DNA of 63,039 nucleotides, filler included, from Thelocarpon superellum (Eukaryota): NCBI GenBank assembly GCA_026025795.1. It is 2 parts of 2 records of this genome, joined end to end, with 100 filler letters (N's around TTAATTAATTAA, not from the genome) between each part and the next. Parts side by side here need not be neighbours in the genome. Positions count along the whole stretch, not along the records: positions 31,600 to 63,039 come from JAPEUG010000192.1; 1 more part is not named here. One strand, 5' to 3'. Shown piece by piece: positions 61,883 to 63,039 of this stretch (position 1 is its first letter; each line of letters starts with the position of its first letter). The notes under the pieces were generated by a model. It saw only the letters and a program-made list of their open reading frames with translations, ran no database searches and was not told where the DNA came from. The position numbers and the translations under genes were made by a program.

Positions 61883-63039
61883 TCAAGCCCCAACGTGATT
61901 CGGACCCCCTACTCCTGCCCCCGTCCCCGTCATGGCCATAGCTCCGACAGCGGTAGACACGGCGTTCCCTGACCCACTTGCACCCGCAGCACCTGCACCT
62001 GCACCTGCACCTGCACCAGCGGCGGCGGCGGCGGCGGCTTCGGATCGCACGGGCGCGAAATAGGCATGTGCCATTGCTTCTTGTGCGGTGAGTCGTCTCT
62101 GTCTCATTCGTCAGCTTCCGTCGCCTGCTTCTTCTGCTTCGTCGTGGTGGCAAAGATGGGAGGAGAAGGGGGGGGGGGAAAGACAGTACCTGATGATCGT
62201 ACACCAGCAGCTTGTCGAGAAAATCAATCGCCTCCTGCGACACGAACCGGCGGTTCTCGGCATTGATGAAGCTCGACCAGTCCTTCTTCGGAAACCGGCC
62301 CAGGATGTCGTCGTATTGCACGTCCAGCTCGATCTCGTACAGGTCCAGGTAGGCAAAGAGATCCTCCGTCCCCAGCACCCGCGCAATCTTGACCAGCTGG
62401 TCCGAGTTGCTGTTGCCGTGGAAGAAGGGCTCCTTGCGGAAGATCATCGACGCGAACATGGCGCCCAACGACCACATGTCCAGCGAGTAGTCGTACGCTT
62501 GGTAGTCCACCAGTAACTCTGGTCCCTTGAAGTACCGGGATGCCACCCGCACGTTGTATTCCGTGCCTTGGTGGTAGAATTCCGCGAGGCCCCAGTCGAT
62601 CAGCCGTAGCTGTTACACGCACTCTCGTCAGCCTCGCGGGCCTCGTCTGCGAGGGAAGGGCGGGGCACACCTTTCGCTTCTCATGATCAATCATGACGTT
62701 GTGCGGCTTGACGTCGCGGTGCATGATGCCCTTGCTGTGACAGAAATCCAACGCTTTTAACAACTCGTGGATGTAGTATCGCACGTCGTAGTCGACAAAC
62801 TTGGGATACAGACTCCGAAAGTCCGTGTTGTTGACATATTCGAAGATCAACGAGGGTGTTTTGCTCTGTGGCCCATCCTCACATTAGCCCTTTGTTCGCC
62901 TCCTTTGCCTCCTTCGCCTCCTTTGCCTCCTTCGCCTCCTTCTCGCTCTCTGCTCACCTGACTATCTCGCACCACATCCAGCAAGGCGACGATGTTGGGC
63001 CCGCCCGACAAGTTCTGCAGGATCTTGATCTCCCTCTTG
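61883..63039 (-). CDS. CKA1: Casein kinase II catalytic subunit alpha, 3' part (continues beyond the window)
   Basis: [66 protein letters not shown]. Confidence 0.96.

Overview
GC-rich, intron-containing genomic DNA from a filamentous ascomycete (Pezizomycotina). Introns are short GT..AG with CTAAC/CTGAC branch sites; the species cannot be determined from the sequence. The backbone is dense housekeeping genes: POP7/Rpp20, LIP2, a small GPI protein, SSZ1, RRP40, a PNPOx-like protein, a PTH11-like membrane protein, NIPSNAP, an FSH1 hydrolase, RPN5, VMA22, a mitochondrial hypothetical, NOP6 (cut by a gap), a PhiA/IgE-binding-like secreted protein, OSM1/FRD, a FAS1 protein, SIN3, a MutL homolog, class I myosin, VAS1 and the 3' part of CK2 alpha. 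An artificial NNN-TTAATTAATTAA-NNN contig linker lies at 31.5 kb. The most unusual content is a three-copy divergent gene family in lower-GC islands: 16096-17520 (+), intact; about 25940-27092 (+), pseudogene; 29206-27518 (-), intact. Each has an uncharacterised N-terminal domain fused to a C-terminal domain whose motif order resembles the DUF3990/ADP-ribosyltransferase fold; the two intact copies also share a conserved NLS-bearing N-terminal leader and non-coding flanking boxes, including a hairpin with compensatory changes followed by CTAG-T, reminiscent of a Helitron 3' end. A possible internal-start short SIN3 isoform is a second candidate. All family assignments are by motif recognition from memory; no searches were run.
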